Assembly: GCF_018350175.1 (NCBI RefSeq)
Contig: NC_058368.1
Span: 76,882,001 to 76,946,000, forward strand
DNA length: 64,000 nt
Reading direction: 5' to 3'
From: Felis catus
Lineage: Eukaryota
Positions 61,718 to 64,000 of this stretch are shown piece after piece. The notes beneath the pieces are model-generated. The model made no database searches. It worked only from the letters and a program-made list of their open reading frames with translations, and was not told the origin of the DNA. Within the stretch, counting starts at the first letter, position 1. Every line of letters starts with the position of its first letter. A program made the position numbers and the translations under genes.

Positions 61718-62499
61718 CTGTTGGCAGGAAGAGCTTCTGAGGACAACCTCAGAGTCTTCATTTATTCCTTCTCTGACTCTTTCTTTACATAGATCTGAGT
61801 TTCTGATCCCTTTATCCTTTTTATCCTTCTCTTTGGAAGAACTTTTCCCATTTCTTTCAGTGTGGGGTCTACCAGTGACAACTGCCCTCAGGTTTTATCT
61901 GAGAAAGTCTTTATTTTTCCTTTATGTAACTTGGAAGGATAATTTTGCTGGGTACAAAATTCTGGGTTGGTGTTTTTGTTTTGTTTTGTTTTTTCTTTTC
62001 AAAATTCTGAATGTTTCTTTCCACTCTCTTGCTTACATGGTTACTGATGGGAAATCTGATGTAATACTTGTCCTATATGTAAGGTATCTTTTTTTTTTCC
62101 TCTCTCTTCTTTCAAAATTTTGTCTCAGTCTTTGGTATTCTGCAGTGTGAGTACAATGTGCCTACGTGTAGATTTTTTGGTATTTATCAGACTTGGTATT
62201 TTTTTGAGCTTCTAGAATCCATGGTTTAATTTCTTTCAGTAATTTTGGAAAATTCTAAGTCAGTGTTATTTCAAATATTTTTTCTGCTTTCCCTCTCATG
62301 CTTCTCCTTCTGGAATTCCCATTAACTTATGTTACATCTGTTGTAATTGTCCCACAGTTATTAAATATTCTGTTCAATTTTTTTTCATTCTTTTTTCTCT
62401 TTCATTTCACTGGGAAGTTTCTATTGACAGATCTTCAAGCTCACTGATTCTTCTTCACCTGTACCTAGTCTACTTCTGGGCCTATTAGAAACATTTTTA

Positions 62500-62695
62500 G
62501 GGTACCTGAGTGGCTCAGTTGGTTAAGCATCTGACTTCCACTCAGGTCATGATCTCACAGCTTGTGGGTTTAAGCCCCGTGTCGGGCTCTGTGCTGACAG
62601 CTCGGAGCCTGGAGCCTGTCTCTGTCTCCCTCTGTCCCTCTCTTGCTTGTGCTTTGTGTCTCTCTCTCAAAAAATAAAAGAAAATATTTTTTAAA
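62500..62695 (+). mobile_element. Carnivore SINE nested in L1
   Basis: gggtacctgagtggctcagttggttaagc head and A tail. Confidence 0.92.
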
Positions 62696-62746
62696 AAGCA
62701 TTTTTCATTTGTTGCACTTGTTTTGATTTTTCAGGTTACCTTTGAG

Positions 62747-62954
62747 TTTTTCAATGTTTATTTATTTTTGGGACAGAGAGAGACAGAGCATGAACGGGGG
62801 AGGGGCAGAGAGAGAGGGAGACACAGAATCGGAAACAGGCTCCAGGTTCTGAGCCATCAGCCCAGAGCCCGACGCGGGGCTCGAACTCACGGACCGCGAG
62901 ATCGTGACCTGGCTGAAGTCGGACGCTTAACCGACTGTGCCACCCAGGCGCCCC
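62747..62954 (-). mobile_element. Young felid SINE nested in L1
   Basis: Near-consensus reverse SINE; acctttgagtttttcaa repeated on both sides. Confidence 0.94.
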
Positions 62955-63199
62955 ACCTTTGAGTTTTTCAAGTTCCATCTCTCTGCTTCCATTACTCATC
63001 TGTTCTTGAATGTTATCTATTTTTTTTTTTTATCAGAATGTTTAGCATCTTTATTGTGATTATTTTAAATTCTCAATATGGTAATTCCAACATCTCTGCC
63101 ATATCTGATTCTGGTTCTGATACTTGCCTTGTCTCTTCAGATTTTGGGCTTTTCTTGCCTTTTGGCAGGCCTTGTAATAGTTTGTTAAAATGTAGATAT

Positions 63200-63417
63200 G
63201 GGGCACCTGGGTGCCTCAGTTGGTTAAGTGTCCAACTTTGGTTCAGGTCATGATCTTGCAGTTTGTGAGTTCGAGCTCTGCATCAGGCCCTGTGCTGACA
63301 GTTCAGAGTCTGGAGCCTGCTTCGGATTCTGTGTCTCCCTCTCTCTCTGCTTCTTCCTAGCTTGTGCTCTTTCTCTCTCTCAAAAATAAACATTAAAAAA
63401 AAATAAAAATAAATAAA
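63200..63417 (+). mobile_element. Carnivore SINE nested in L1
   Basis: ggggcacctgggtgcctcagttggttaag head and A tail. Confidence 0.92.
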
Positions 63418-64000
63418 GTTAGATGTGTTGTATTGGGTGATAGGAATTGAGTAGATCGGCCTTTGGTGTGAAGGTTATTTTTATGTGGCTGAGAGTCAGG
63501 CTGTGTTTACTGTGCTTAGGTATCAGAGACTTCAGTTTACGTGAGTGTCCTGGTTTTTGTCTCTCCATTTTCTTTGGGTTTCCCTAGGAGCTCCTTCCTG
63601 GGTAAAGTCTTGCAGTTTTTTTAGCTGTAACCCCCTTATTATACAAGGAGCCTATTGATTTGGTGGTAAGGGAGTGGGAGGGGAATCATTGTATAATCCT
63701 GTAATTAGGTCCTTAGTGTTTTAGTGAGTCCTACCCCTGGGCCATGACCTTCATAAGAGTTTCTCAGCTTATTTTCCTTCCCCTGAGGTAAGGCAGGAAG
63801 GCTAGAGGGGGCTGGAGTTGGCTAACATTCCTTTCCCCTGGAAGGCTCTAGGGAAGTTTTTTCTCTTGCTGCGTAGGTGTTTGTTGTGACGCATTTCAAA
63901 ATGGTTGCTGTCCCTAGCCCCCACCCCCAGCCAGACAGGAAGGGATTTTTCCCCTATCTTCACCGTAAGAACCTACTGGGGGTCCCGAAGGTAGAACTCT

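Larger units (their letters stand above)
61770..64000 (-). mobile_element. Ancient L1 (L1M-type) fragment interrupted by three SINEs
   Basis: T-rich sequence with motifs typical of antisense L1M (gaaggataattttgctgggtacaaaattctgggttgg; tcttcaagctcactgattc). Confidence 0.7.

Noticed and set aside
61608..62150. 180-aa hydrophobic ORF
   Set aside because: Spans an LTR-like segment and antisense L1; its T-rich composition explains the hydrophobicity.

Overview
Mammalian genomic DNA, almost certainly felid: about 17 carnivore tRNA-derived SINEs, several of the SINEC_Fc type. It holds two known protein-coding genes in tandem on the minus strand. ARGLU1 is complete, with 4 coding exons (54820-55166, 46661-46886, 44281-44364, 30358-30522) that splice in frame to 273 aa. 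About 5-7 kb downstream is the 5' end of EFNB2 (ephrin-B2): promoter CpG island, coding exon 1 (22070-22191), a 21.9 kb intron 1 and the start of exon 2 (1-166). The rest is intronic or intergenic DNA with SINEs, L1/L2/MIR fragments, MaLR LTRs and DNA-transposon relics. Nearly all other ORFs in the track are spurious. I see no credible novel protein-coding system. The most interesting structure is regulatory. ARGLU1 intron 2 has no repeat I can recognise, has a weak donor, and contains three separate stop-containing cryptic exon candidates with clustered donors; intron-2 retention controlled by an ultraconserved element is known from human ARGLU1, but the three-exon layout is my reading of this sequence. 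Also noted: a strong-Kozak uORF in the EFNB2 leader, inverted SINEs bracketing ARGLU1 exons 2-3, and several readable DNA-repair or retrotransposition scars. Repeat family names come from visual recall of consensus sequences and need RepeatMasker/Dfam confirmation.
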